Below are positions 8,902 to 19,640 of a DNA stretch of 64,000 nt, piece after piece. Source of the stretch: a virus; the IMG/VR virus record IMGVR_UViG_3300023179_000040, positions 32,001 through 96,000 of that record, one strand, 5' to 3'. The first letter of the stretch is position 1. Every line of letters begins with the position of its first letter. Position numbers and translations under genes: made by a program. The notes beneath the pieces are model-generated. The model was not told the DNA's origin. It did not search any database and worked only from the letters and a program-made list of their open reading frames with translations.

Positions 8902-11900
8902 ATGCCCAATCCCACTATTCAATTTGATTTTAGAAATTATGTTCCAGATCAGAGCCTAGGAGCCGGAACTTTCACGCTAGAAAGCAAAGATTGTGTATCA
9001 GATACTCTTATAATTACATTATTGGCCAAAAATTTAATCCCAGGGCATATCTATAAAACAACGTATACATTATTAAATCCTAGCGAAAATACTTGCATCG
9101 ATGCCGGTACATTTTTTAATCCCTCATCCTCAGATTTATATGCATCATCTAGTTCTCAAAATCTAGCCACAACAGCTAAGATCAAATGTTCTGGCAGATA
9201 CGTTATTAGTGCTACAATTATCGATATGACAGAGGGTTTCGGTCAAACAGGATCATCTCAAACAGTATTACAATGCGGAACTAACGATGCCTCATTTTTT
9301 GTTGAAATTATTGATTCAGATATTGAGTCTCCTATAGATTCTACAGATGATATTATAAAATTAGGACTTTGTGATAATCCATTGCCTTTAATAGGTTTAA
9401 TTAAAAATGCTGAAAGAGGCAAAGCATATAAGTATCGTTTTTATGATAATCCAGTTAATAGTATAGCCTTTGAAAATCAAAGTGGTATAATATACGCTGG
9501 TGATAATACACAAAATTTTAATAGTAAAATTGCTTTATCCGGAAATCCATATGCGTTTGTTTATGCCGAGGTACAAGATCTAGATACTAAGATTATAAAA
9601 AATAGTCAACCTGTTTTATTACAGTGTTATCAGACCAATCCCTGTTCAGTTGTGCTACCAACAGGAGTAAATGTTTCTTACGGTATACCAACATATAAAG
9701 AGTGCAGACCAATGGGTTGCACAGCTGCTAGTTTGGTTAAGCTAAATGGAGGTAGTAATTTTACTGTTGGTGATAAAGTAGCATTCGGAGGAGGATCAGC
9801 GCCATGTATAGTGCAAATAGATAAAGTCGGTATTGGATATGAGAGTATTAAAACATTCGGCGGCGGTAGTGGCATAAAAGTAGGCACCATGCTAACTTTA
9901 GGTGGGGGATCTTTAATTAAGGTACAATCTGTTGGCCTTACTAATGATTCTGTTAATAGCTTAACCAGTTGCGGAGGATTCGGTGTTGGTGACCTACTAA
10001 CTACTGTGGGAGGAGATGGCGATGGGGTTATTATTAAAGTTTTAGCCACAGGTTTGAATGGTAGTATATCTTCTTTTAATGTTTTAAATGGAGGATACGG
10101 CTTCACCTATGCTCCAACTGGAGTAAAAGCTATTACAGGAAACGGTAGTTGCGCTAGTGCCTCATTCAATATGAATAATGGTACCATCCCATATGCTGGT
10201 GGTCTTACTAATGATTCATTCTCTATTTATGGAGGAATAGGTTATCAATTCGGACAAATTTTGAGAGTTGATGGTCAGGGAGGAGAAGGAGCAAAAGTTG
10301 AAGTTATTTCTTTAAGTTTAACACAAAATAGTATTAGTTTATCTGGAGGCTCCGGATATACTGTAGGAGATTATGTTACTACTAGTGGGTGTGGAGGTAA
10401 GGATGCATTAATTAAAATTACTTCAGTATCTTCTGGCGGAGCTATTTTAGATTGGGAAGTAGAAAATGGAGGCTATGATTTTGAGTGTGTTCCAACAGCT
10501 TTAATCAGATTAAGTGGTAATGGTAGTGGTGGTTCTATTACAGGCTCAAATTGTTGTTGGGCATTACCATCAGAAGGTGGTATTACTAAAGAATCAATAT
10601 CCGGTATAATTGGTGATGGGCCAGGATATACTGTTGGAGAAAAAATCTATTTACAAGGAGGTGGCGGCTCTGGTGGAATAATTGTGGTTACTAAGGTTGA
10701 TGCTAATGGTAATATACTAGATTTTGCTATAGAGGGCAGCGGTTGCTGCTACACTTCTACCCCATTATTCTTTGATGAGAACGGCGCGACCATTGTTCCG
10801 ACTCCCACCATTAATTTTAGTAAGCTTATTGAGAATCCCATAGTAGTTATTGATTCTGGATCAGGATATGGAGATGCTAACAATCCATTAGTTATTAGAG
10901 ATGATGCTACTGGTACTATCATCGCTAATCCGGGCTTAACTATTTTAGATTTTACACAAAATATACCATTAGGCCCCAACGGGCCTATAGTAATTATTAA
11001 CGCTGGTAGTTTTCCTCCACCAGACTCTCCCATAAGTCCTCCAGAGCCTATTCCTTCAGATCTAAATATATGCTGTATAGAAACATCATATACTCAACCT
11101 CTTAGAGGCTCTATTGTTTGTTCAGGATCTATCACTAAGGACGTAGTAAGTAATTTAATTGGTAAATCTGGATTTGCATTAAATGAAAAAATATATGTAG
11201 AGTCCGCTAATGGAGGTAATGGTGCTGGTGGTGTGATTCAAGTTACAGCAGTAAGTGGCAATATTATTACAGACTTTGTGGTATATAATGGAGGATGCTA
11301 TTATTCTGATCCTATAGCCTTAAGAAAGTCTAATGGTAGTATCATTACTAATGTTATCATAGATTATGATGCATTAACTGGCTCTCCCATAACAGTTATT
11401 GATCCGGGCGATATTAAAGGAAATGGCTGTACCTCTTGCTGTGAAACTATTACTGGTTATGGTATTTGTCCTGATCCTGAAGATATAGTATTTTTTGATC
11501 ATCTACAACCAGATTATGGTCCGCCTAGAACCCCCACACCTACGCCAACAGTTAGTCTAACGCCCTCTCCAACACCACCAGTATTATGCAATGATATTCA
11601 ATCTGCTGGTGGTCAAAATGTAACATCTATTACAAAAATTATTAATGCTGCTGTAGCTGGTCAGAATTATTTAATTATTAAAGATGTTGATGGTTTGAGT
11701 AAAAATACTGTTGTTAATGCCGATGGTATACCTGCTGGTACATATATTACTGAAATAATTAATTGGTTTTCAGATTTTGATAATCGCGTAGTCAATAAAA
11801 AAATCTTTTTAAGTAATGCTATTACAAAAAATATATCCACCAATACAGATTTAAATTTATATTTTGTTGATATCAGATTGATTCAAGTACCTTATTGGCC

Positions 11901-12243
11901 AGGAGTTATGACTTTTGATTATGATGCCTATAGTGTTCCAGACAGATTTTTAGTTTTTGCTGTGCCGTTAGATAGTAGATTAAACGATGTTTTACTATTT
12001 GATAGTAGATATAGAGGAGCAGCAACTTGCGGCTATGCAGATAGTATAAGTGGAACGGGAAGAGGCTCAGTTAATTTAAATAAGCCAGATGGATGTACAT
12101 ACATTAAGGTTATAGTAGAAGCCCCATGCGAGGGAACAGCTTGGGAATATGCCTTATCTTGTCCACAAAGAACATTTACTACCGTGAGTAGCACCCCTAC
12201 TGTTACCCCAACTATAACACCAACCCCATCCTCATTACCTTAA
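8902..12243 (+). CDS. Large Gly/Cys-rich tail or baseplate-associated protein
   Basis: Repeated GGSGYTVGD / xxNGGxGY units like those of phage baseplate and tail proteins; C-terminal YDAYSVPDRF...APCEGTAWEYALSCP domain; PT tail. Confidence 0.55.
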   Translation: MPNPTIQFDFRNYVPDQSLGAGTFTLESKDCVSDTLIITLLAKNLIPGHIYKTTYTLLNPSENTCIDAGTFFNPSSSDLYASSSSQNLATTAKIKCSGRYVISATIIDMTEGFGQTGSSQTVLQCGTNDASFFVEIIDSDIESPIDSTDDIIKLGLCDNPLPLIGLIKNAERGKAYKYRFYDNPVNSIAFENQSGIIYAGDNTQNFNSKIALSGNPYAFVYAEVQDLDTKIIKNSQPVLLQCYQTNPCSVVLPTGVNVSYGIPTYKECRPMGCTAASLVKLNGGSNFTVGDKVAFGGGSAPCIVQIDKVGIGYESIKTFGGGSGIKVGTMLTLGGGSLIKVQSVGLTNDSVNSLTSCGGFGVGDLLTTVGGDGDGVIIKVLATGLNGSISSFNVLNGGYGFTYAPTGVKAITGNGSCASASFNMNNGTIPYAGGLTNDSFSIYGGIGYQFGQILRVDGQGGEGAKVEVISLSLTQNSISLSGGSGYTVGDYVTTSGCGGKDALIKITSVSSGGAILDWEVENGGYDFECVPTALIRLSGNGSGGSITGSNCCWALPSEGGITKESISGIIGDGPGYTVGEKIYLQGGGGSGGIIVVTKVDANGNILDFAIEGSGCCYTSTPLFFDENGATIVPTPTINFSKLIENPIVVIDSGSGYGDANNPLVIRDDATGTIIANPGLTILDFTQNIPLGPNGPIVIINAGSFPPPDSPISPPEPIPSDLNICCIETSYTQPLRGSIVCSGSITKDVVSNLIGKSGFALNEKIYVESANGGNGAGGVIQVTAVSGNIITDFVVYNGGCYYSDPIALRKSNGSIITNVIIDYDALTGSPITVIDPGDIKGNGCTSCCETITGYGICPDPEDIVFFDHLQPDYGPPRTPTPTPTVSLTPSPTPPVLCNDIQSAGGQNVTSITKIINAAVAGQNYLIIKDVDGLSKNTVVNADGIPAGTYITEIINWFSDFDNRVVNKKIFLSNAITKNISTNTDLNLYFVDIRLIQVPYWPGVMTFDYDAYSVPDRFLVFAVPLDSRLNDVLLFDSRYRGAATCGYADSISGTGRGSVNLNKPDGCTYIKVIVEAPCEGTAWEYALSCPQRTFTTVSSTPTVTPTITPTPSSLP

Positions 12244-12250
12244 TTAAGCC

Positions 12251-13444
12251 ATGAATCCAAACTATTTATTATTTAAAGTATCTGTTTTACAACATGCTAC
12301 AGAAGGAACTAATTGTTCCTATGCTGAAGATATATTGACGGTTGTTTGTAATCCTCAACCAACACCAACATGTACTAATACTCCAACATCTAGCAATACT
12401 CCTACACCAACTCCATCTATCACTGCTACAGCTACAGTAACACCATCTATCACTCCTACTATAAGTATAACTCCATCGATTACTGCTACTGTTAGTTTAA
12501 CACCATCTATAACTCCTACTAATACTCAAACACCTACTCCTACAACAACACCGACTCCAACACTACCTCCAGTCATTCCACCACTACAGAGCATATCTAT
12601 TGATAATGATCTAGTTTGGTTATTCAACACTAACGAATATCCTGTTTTGATTCAATCTCAAAGATCAGATACTAATGGAATGTCTTGGCAAGATATTGGC
12701 CCGTTTGTGAATGTTGTTGCAAATGGATCGTCGTCTATATTCTATAACGGCGATACTAATACAAAGTATAGATCCAGAGCATTTTCTCTAGGCGCAGGAA
12801 CCTTATCTAGCCCATGGTCTAATGTATATATCTATACCAATCCAGATGCTATAGCTGCACCTATTATTAATTATGACTTTAATACCTCATATTTATATAT
12901 TTTTAATGTTAATGATGTTTTAGTAAATATGATCATTGAAAAATCTGAAGATGGTATAGTTTGGCAATATGCATTGAGTACATCAGAAAGTATAAATGCT
13001 AACACTAATAAGTCTTTTACAATATCAGGAACTCCTTATACTAAATTCAGAGCTTTATATTTTAGTGCTGGTTTAGGATATTCGGTCAGCTCATGGAGTT
13101 ATACTGATCTAATTCTACCAACACCGACTTCAACACGAACTCCGACTCCTACTATTACTCCAACTAGTACTTCTAATTTTATTAATAGCTTAACAATATT
13201 GTCTGGATCTAACTATATTTCTGGTAATGGATTAACTTTTAGTGGTAATACAGGAGATAGAATTGAATATATAGCACAAAATGGGTATGATTTACCATCC
13301 ACTATGAATATTAGTGTTGGTGGTATTATCAAAGCCACAGTAATATTCCCAGCATCAATTTATAATAATAAATTATTTAAAGTTACTATTAGCGGTATTC
13401 CATATATAGGCAATTTTATTGCTGGAAATATTAATTTTATTTAA
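12251..13444 (+). CDS. Pro/Thr-linker fibre/adhesin-like protein with two FN3-like beta domains
   Basis: PT tracts; two internal repeats (..SxDG..WQ...TK(Y/F)R..); C-terminal domain homologous to that of 13461. Confidence 0.5.
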   Translation: MNPNYLLFKVSVLQHATEGTNCSYAEDILTVVCNPQPTPTCTNTPTSSNTPTPTPSITATATVTPSITPTISITPSITATVSLTPSITPTNTQTPTPTTTPTPTLPPVIPPLQSISIDNDLVWLFNTNEYPVLIQSQRSDTNGMSWQDIGPFVNVVANGSSSIFYNGDTNTKYRSRAFSLGAGTLSSPWSNVYIYTNPDAIAAPIINYDFNTSYLYIFNVNDVLVNMIIEKSEDGIVWQYALSTSESINANTNKSFTISGTPYTKFRALYFSAGLGYSVSSWSYTDLILPTPTSTRTPTPTITPTSTSNFINSLTILSGSNYISGNGLTFSGNTGDRIEYIAQNGYDLPSTMNISVGGIIKATVIFPASIYNNKLFKVTISGIPYIGNFIAGNINFI

Positions 13445-13460
13445 TTAAAGGAAATAATTC

Positions 13461-15566
13461 ATGGTATATCCTACTGGAAATAATAGTGCAAATTATAATT
13501 CTTGTGCTAATTGGGATGGTTCGATAAATGGCAATGTTACTACTGTTGGAAGTAATGGTGGGCCATCTGCTTATGGTACTTATGACCAGAGCGGTAACGT
13601 TAATGAATGCGTTATATCATCAAACCAAAGTTATTTGTTCGGTGGTGATTTTAATGACCCCGATTTCTATTTATCTGCTGCTGCTGCAACTCCAGTAGCA
13701 CCATTTGCTACATATACATTAGGATCTCCTAGCATGGGTTTTCGTTTAGCGTCATTATTAGACATTTATAGCTATAGTAGTTTTGTTGCGGTAGGAGATG
13801 CATCTAATCTTAATAATATCTATGGATGTGGATTTGTCCCTTATGCCTATAAAATAGGTCAATATACAGTAACTGTTTGTGAATATGTTGAGTTTTTAAA
13901 TTCTATAGCAAAAACAGATACTAATAAAGTATATGATATTAATATGGCTAGTGATAGATGCGGGATATTAAGATCTGGAACACCTGGTAATTATATATAT
14001 GATATTCGCTCCACATATGCTAATAAACCAGTTGTTTATGTTAGTGTTATGAATATGTTGAGATATTGTAATTGGCTACACAATAGAAAGCTATCTGGTA
14101 CACAGGATGAAACTACAACAGAGGACGGTGCATATTATATATCGCCGCTCGCAGTAATTCAACAAAGACCTAATCCCCTGTATAGACTGCCAACAGTAAA
14201 TGAATGGCATAAAGCAGCTTATTACAAGGGTGGTGGTACTAACGCTGGTTATTGGACTTATGCTACTCAAACAGACACAGCCCCAATATGTGTAACGGCA
14301 AATTCCAATGGCGATGGACCTTTCTTGTCCAATTATATATGCTCTTATGTTGTTCCTGGTCCTACTCCAACACCTACTAATACCGTAACACCATCAGAAA
14401 CACCAACAAATACTCCTACGCCAACTGTTACTCCAACCAACACAATCACTCCGACAGTCACCCCAACTAATACCGTAACACGAACAAATACTCCAACACC
14501 TACTGTTACTCCAACTGTTACTCCAACCAACACAATCACTCCGACAGTCACCCCAACTAATACAAGAACTCCAACCGTTACTCCTACTAATACCGTAACA
14601 CCATCAGAAACACCAACAAATACTCCTACGCCAACTGTTACTCCAACCAACACAATCACTCCGACAGTCACCCCAACTAATACCGTAACACCAACAGTGA
14701 CAAAAACACCTACTCATACTCCAAGAATAACGAGCACACCAACACCGTCACCAACCAAACCTGTACCCCCCACAATGATTACTCAAAAACTTCAATTTGT
14801 TAAATATTTAGGACAATCTGATATAGAAATATCTTCATTATCCAGTAATATATTGAATCAAATAGACACTATATACTATATTGACAATCAATCTTCATGG
14901 CTCTCATGGAGTGCTAACGGAATCAATAGTTTAAGCTCTTTACAAAGATATAAAACATATTTAATTATTAGCAAAAATAGTAATCCTAATTATAGTCTAT
15001 ATAGCAATACAGATATATTGGATTCAACATCATTTACTATTCTTAATAAAAATATTTCTATAGAAACTTATCGAGGACATAGCTCTTTGATTATTAATAA
15101 TGCATCATGGAAGAATAATATTAATAAAATTATAGGATTAAATAGCACTAGTTCGTCGTATATTAGTTGGGATTCATTAATACCAGCTAATCTGAATAGT
15201 CTAATGTCTTTAGAACCGAATAATGGATATATCTTTTTTGCAAATACAACACCCATAGTATTATGGTCAGAGACTTTAAGATCAATTAATAATTGGACAT
15301 ATAGATATAATAATTTTTTGTCTTTAAGATTCATACCTAATACATTTGAATCCACCATAGAACTATCTGTACCAATGGTGGACACTTTAGATCTTCCTTC
15401 TGTTGGAACACCAGCTCCACTACCGTCTACTTGTGTAGTAACCAGAAATGGTAGTAAAATTGGAGATTTACTATTTATACCAGCATATAATGGTAAAAAT
15501 ATAACAGCTATTATCAGTGGAATATCATATTCATCCACTATTAATAATGGTCAAATTAATTTTTAA
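13461..15566 (+). CDS. Fibre/adhesin with circularly permuted FGE-sulfatase (SUMF1/C-type lectin fold) domain, PT linker and C-terminal repeats
   Basis: Motifs [55 protein letters not shown]. Confidence 0.7.
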   Translation: MVYPTGNNSANYNSCANWDGSINGNVTTVGSNGGPSAYGTYDQSGNVNECVISSNQSYLFGGDFNDPDFYLSAAAATPVAPFATYTLGSPSMGFRLASLLDIYSYSSFVAVGDASNLNNIYGCGFVPYAYKIGQYTVTVCEYVEFLNSIAKTDTNKVYDINMASDRCGILRSGTPGNYIYDIRSTYANKPVVYVSVMNMLRYCNWLHNRKLSGTQDETTTEDGAYYISPLAVIQQRPNPLYRLPTVNEWHKAAYYKGGGTNAGYWTYATQTDTAPICVTANSNGDGPFLSNYICSYVVPGPTPTPTNTVTPSETPTNTPTPTVTPTNTITPTVTPTNTVTRTNTPTPTVTPTVTPTNTITPTVTPTNTRTPTVTPTNTVTPSETPTNTPTPTVTPTNTITPTVTPTNTVTPTVTKTPTHTPRITSTPTPSPTKPVPPTMITQKLQFVKYLGQSDIEISSLSSNILNQIDTIYYIDNQSSWLSWSANGINSLSSLQRYKTYLIISKNSNPNYSLYSNTDILDSTSFTILNKNISIETYRGHSSLIINNASWKNNINKIIGLNSTSSSYISWDSLIPANLNSLMSLEPNNGYIFFANTTPIVLWSETLRSINNWTYRYNNFLSLRFIPNTFESTIELSVPMVDTLDLPSVGTPAPLPSTCVVTRNGSKIGDLLFIPAYNGKNITAIISGISYSSTINNGQINF
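14360..14770 (+). repeat. Pro/Thr-coding (TPTNTVTPT-like) degenerate tandem repeat
   Basis: Internal 109 bp duplication 14373-14481 / 14583-14691; 14507-14680 is identical to 17261-17434. Confidence 0.9.
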
Positions 15567-15573
15567 TAACATC

Positions 15574-15581
15574 GGTGTATA
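15574..15581 (+). promoter_or_regulatory. Putative phage promoter motif GGTGTATA
   Basis: Intergenic, 47 nt upstream of the 15628 start. Confidence 0.55.
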
Positions 15582-15627
15582 TTACTATCGCTAACCATAT
15601 ATTCTTATATTATAAAGAGGCGCTAAA

Positions 15628-16701
15628 ATGTTGATTAATAATGAATTTGCTATAGAGAGATACAACGGTCAATATGCTCTAACTTTATTATCCGCTCCCG
15701 CAGGAATGGATAGTGCTACTCAGCAACAGTATACGTCTTTTATGAGTAATATTGTTACTATATATGGTAGTCAAAATGAACAAGGCGCTGTTCCTGTTTT
15801 TTTCAAAAATAGTTCTGGCGCCCCTAGTTCTAGTAGCACTCTTACTCAATTAGAATCTGGTCAAGAATATTATTTTATTTCCAAAAATACAGCAGTATTT
15901 CCATATGCTATTCCCGCTATCGGCGGACCAGCAACAGCGTCATGCCCCACTTTACCAACATGCTGCCCATATATTAATTTTACATCTAACAATGTTACAT
16001 TATCAGGGCCGCCAGAAAATATTTATGCTTATCTTACTGCTAATATTAGCGGATTAGAGCCAGGAAAAGAATATAGGTACTCTTTTGAATCAGTAGCGGC
16101 TAATTGGCCATCTAGAGTTAGTCCAATAAGTGGAACATTTATTCCTATGTCTTATAGCGATACTATTGATGCTGTATTTCGTTTTTGTCCAGAATCTGGT
16201 AATTGCACTGAATATTGGCAATATACTGCTGATACTAATCTTAACAAAGATTATAGTCAAAAAAATATTTTTTCATCTGTTAAAATCAAACTATATCCTA
16301 CAGAAGGATCAGATTGTGATGTTATGAGTGATATGGTAACTGTAAAGTGCAATAAATGTTTGCCTGGAGGATTATACTATAGACCCAAACCATCTATTGC
16401 TGGATCTCCAAAATTATCTTTAACCGCTGGATGTTGTGCTAATCCTATTCCTTTAACTATTAATATTACCGGGGCTGAACCAGGTAAAAATTATACTTTT
16501 AATGTACAAGCTTGGCCAGATACTGTAGCGGTTAGTCCAGCTACTGGTATTAGTAGTTTTGGTGATGGAACTGGTAAAATATTATCTATGGTTAGTATGA
16601 GCGGTATCCCTAGTAGTGTTGTTAAATTTGTATTAAATGATAATGTTACTGGAGAAAGTTTCGTTGATTTTACCAGTATAGTATGCAACTCTAGTTGTTA
16701 A
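15628..16701 (+). CDS. Cys-rich virion protein with repeated beta-sandwich-like domains
   Basis: Two GxEPGKxYxY/F domains; N-terminal domain resembles the repeats near the C-terminus of 13461. Confidence 0.5.
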   Translation: MLINNEFAIERYNGQYALTLLSAPAGMDSATQQQYTSFMSNIVTIYGSQNEQGAVPVFFKNSSGAPSSSSTLTQLESGQEYYFISKNTAVFPYAIPAIGGPATASCPTLPTCCPYINFTSNNVTLSGPPENIYAYLTANISGLEPGKEYRYSFESVAANWPSRVSPISGTFIPMSYSDTIDAVFRFCPESGNCTEYWQYTADTNLNKDYSQKNIFSSVKIKLYPTEGSDCDVMSDMVTVKCNKCLPGGLYYRPKPSIAGSPKLSLTAGCCANPIPLTINITGAEPGKNYTFNVQAWPDTVAVSPATGISSFGDGTGKILSMVSMSGIPSSVVKFVLNDNVTGESFVDFTSIVCNSSC

Positions 16702-16733
16702 TTTATAGGAATTTTAGTATCATAGGATAGAGT

Positions 16734-18878
16734 ATGCCATATGTTGTTCCTAGTCCAACGGTTACACCAACATCATCAGTTACTCCGTCTGTAACTCCTA
16801 CACATAGTATTACACCAACAGTTACACAGACCAATCGTATCAGATATCATAAAACTAATTTGCCAGATACTGTAAATATTGATTGTATTGATGATTGTAC
16901 AGTGCAAAATTTTACAGGATATGGATCTGATCGATCAGTATCATTGAGCTGGGAGCTTGATTCTTATTGCTCTAGTTTAGTTAAAAACTTTACTATAGAA
17001 TATAAATTATCTGGAGCATCAAGTTGGACTTTTTATAGTAATGCAACTAATACAGATAGAAGTATTATTGTAAATAATTTAATTAATAATTATGCATATA
17101 TTTTTAAATTATCTATGATTAGATATAGTAGTAGCGTATCTTCTAGCTATTGTAGCGTTGTAATATCTCCTTCTGAGTCAAAAACCCCCACACCAACCGT
17201 TACTCAAACAGTTACTCCAACACATAGTTTAACTCCATCTGTTACTCCAACTAACACAAGTACTCCAACTGTTACTCCAACCAACACAATCACTCCGACA
17301 GTCACCCCAACTAATACAAGAACTCCAACCGTTACTCCTACTAATACCGTAACACCATCAGAAACACCAACAAATACTCCTACGCCAACTGTTACTCCAA
17401 CCAACACAATCACTCCGACAGTCACCCCAACTAACACAAGTACTCCAACCGTTACTCCTACTAATACCGTAACACCATCAGAAACACCAACAAATACTCC
17501 TACGCCAACTGTTACTCCTACTAACACAGTAACTCCCACTAACACTGTTACCCCAACTAATACTGTGACTCCAACCAACACAATCACTCCGACAGTCACC
17601 CCAACTAACACAAGTACTCCAACCGTTACTCCTACTAATACCGTAACACCAACAAATGCTCCTACTAATACCGTAACACCAACAAATACTCCTACGCCAA
17701 CTGTTACTCCTACTAACACAGTAACTCCCACTAACACTGTTACCCCAACTAATACTGTGACTCCAACCAACACAAGTACTCCAATTGATACCGTAAAACC
17801 AACAAATACTCCAACACCTACAGTTACTCCAACACATAGTTTAACTCCATCTGTTACTCCAACTAACACAGCTACTCCAACTAACACAAGTACTCCAACT
17901 GTTACTCCTACTAATACCGTAACACCATCAGAAACACCAATGCCGCCGCCATCACAAACTCCAATCCTCGAGTTTCCAACTCCTACGCCGCAGGCACCAC
18001 AACCTCCGGTGCCGGTGCCGTGCGACTGTACTTTGCCACAAAGTATTAATCAATATTATATATATGACAGCAATGGTAACCCAGCTCCAAATTCTTTTGC
18101 CGAATTATATAGTAAGTGTACTGTTTATGCTGCAGGAGGATTTGCACGGTGTGAGTTTGTCGGATTTCCTTGTCATTATTTTGGTGATGATGTAGGGTTA
18201 AATGGCGGAGATTGTATATTAAAATGGACATACGGATATTTAGATACTAAAATAGGTTCTACATTTTTAGCCAGAGGTATATTCAGTATGACTTTTGAAG
18301 GATATAGCTTAAGTAAAATTAAAATATATGAGTGTACCGGGAAAACCTGGACAGATGTTTCTGAACAAGCATTGTCACCCGAATTTGGTAGTACTGTTCC
18401 TTTTATTAATGGGTGGTGGTGGAATGATTTTGAAAGACCATCTGCTGCTCCGGGAGGTGATGTATCTCCACCGATTACTATTCCGTTAACGCCGCCGTGC
18501 TGCGTGCCCAATGCTCCTTGTGATGGTGATTGCTATAATCTTTTCGGAGCGTCAATTTGTGACGATTGTCCACCAGGATATACTAATAATGGAATGAATT
18601 GTAATTATCCATGTATTAAAAATTGTGAATGTTGTTTATGTGATATTCCGAATAATAATCTTGTTTCAGTAAGTATAGAAGAATTTAATTTAAGTAATGG
18701 ACCAGAAGTATGCGTTTCAGATATTGAATTATTTACAAGTCCTTCCGGATCAGGTACTATTTATTGTGGTCATGCTTTAGATCTAAATGCCTTTTCCATT
18801 ATTTGGACAGATTCTGGTAATACAGACTCTAATGGGAATAGTGTATATGATGTTATGAAAACAAAAAAATATGTATAA
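16734..18878 (+). CDS. Fibre/adhesin: FN3 domain, long PT linker, Cys-rich C-terminal tip
   Basis: FN3 signature SVSLSW...FTIEYK...W...[11 protein letters not shown]; ~260 aa PT tract; Cys-rich C-terminus. Confidence 0.6.
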   Translation: MPYVVPSPTVTPTSSVTPSVTPTHSITPTVTQTNRIRYHKTNLPDTVNIDCIDDCTVQNFTGYGSDRSVSLSWELDSYCSSLVKNFTIEYKLSGASSWTFYSNATNTDRSIIVNNLINNYAYIFKLSMIRYSSSVSSSYCSVVISPSESKTPTPTVTQTVTPTHSLTPSVTPTNTSTPTVTPTNTITPTVTPTNTRTPTVTPTNTVTPSETPTNTPTPTVTPTNTITPTVTPTNTSTPTVTPTNTVTPSETPTNTPTPTVTPTNTVTPTNTVTPTNTVTPTNTITPTVTPTNTSTPTVTPTNTVTPTNAPTNTVTPTNTPTPTVTPTNTVTPTNTVTPTNTVTPTNTSTPIDTVKPTNTPTPTVTPTHSLTPSVTPTNTATPTNTSTPTVTPTNTVTPSETPMPPPSQTPILEFPTPTPQAPQPPVPVPCDCTLPQSINQYYIYDSNGNPAPNSFAELYSKCTVYAAGGFARCEFVGFPCHYFGDDVGLNGGDCILKWTYGYLDTKIGSTFLARGIFSMTFEGYSLSKIKIYECTGKTWTDVSEQALSPEFGSTVPFINGWWWNDFERPSAAPGGDVSPPITIPLTPPCCVPNAPCDGDCYNLFGASICDDCPPGYTNNGMNCNYPCIKNCECCLCDIPNNNLVSVSIEEFNLSNGPEVCVSDIELFTSPSGSGTIYCGHALDLNAFSIIWTDSGNTDSNGNSVYDVMKTKKYV
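17180..17995 (+). repeat. Pro/Thr-coding degenerate tandem repeat (mucin-like linker)
   Basis: Built from recurring 18-120 bp blocks; shares identical segments with 14507-14680 and 19992-20179. Confidence 0.9.
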
Positions 18879-19527
18879 TTTTAATTGTCAATTTAGAGAA
18901 TCCGATAATAGTCCTTGTATTTGTAAATATCAATCGTTAAAATTAGGACATATAGTAAAAACATCTTCACTATTTTGTAATCATGAATGTCCGAAAAATG
19001 TTTATGAACAAGGAGAAGAAGATAAAGAATTTTTAATAAAGTGTTTTAATAGAAGATATAATCATGAATTTATAAATAAAGTAATAAATAAATTTGCTAA
19101 ACAAACTAAACTTATAGTACCATCTATTTGGCCAGAAGTATTCCGCACTCTTTATGATATTTTGTCTCAAGAGTTATGGTTTGATGATATTGGGTTAACA
19201 GGATCCATAATAGTTGATGGAGTAGATAATCAAAAAGATATTGATATTGTAATAGGTATTAAAGACATAAATGAGTATATACAATGGTCAAAAAATAACT
19301 CATTACCAAACTACATTAATAATATTAAAACAGATTATTATCTTTATGCAACTCCTATGGATCAAGCCAAAGAAACTATTTGTGGATCGTTTTTTTTATC
19401 TTTATGGCCAAATAAAAAAATTATTTATACTAATGAATTATTTAAAAAAAATATAATTTTTCCAAATGATTATCAGGTATTTTATAATAATATTATCGAT
19501 CAACTTTTTTACAATATTGGTAAATAA
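18871..19527 (+). CDS. Putative Pol-beta-superfamily nucleotidyltransferase-like protein with Cys-rich N-terminus
   Basis: GLTGS-x10-DIDIVI matches the hG[GS]...DxD signature; start overlaps the upstream stop. Confidence 0.45.
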   Translation: MYNFNCQFRESDNSPCICKYQSLKLGHIVKTSSLFCNHECPKNVYEQGEEDKEFLIKCFNRRYNHEFINKVINKFAKQTKLIVPSIWPEVFRTLYDILSQELWFDDIGLTGSIIVDGVDNQKDIDIVIGIKDINEYIQWSKNNSLPNYINNIKTDYYLYATPMDQAKETICGSFFLSLWPNKKIIYTNELFKKNIIFPNDYQVFYNNIIDQLFYNIGK

Positions 19528-19600
19528 ATGATAATGTTTCCAAAGAGAGTATAATTTCTAACAGTGGGGATCTCAAGCTTTAATAACTATTTACATACAT

Positions 19601-19608
19601 AGTGTATA
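19601..19608 (+). promoter_or_regulatory. Putative phage promoter motif AGTGTATA
   Basis: Intergenic, 33 nt upstream of the 19641 start. Confidence 0.5.
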
Positions 19609-19640
19609 TAATAGTAACTTTAAAAATTAATAAGTAATTT

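Noticed and set aside
17180-17995. Repeat arrays as a possible CRISPR array
   Set aside because: No constant repeat with unique spacers; units are multiples of 3 nt and lie in frame within genes.
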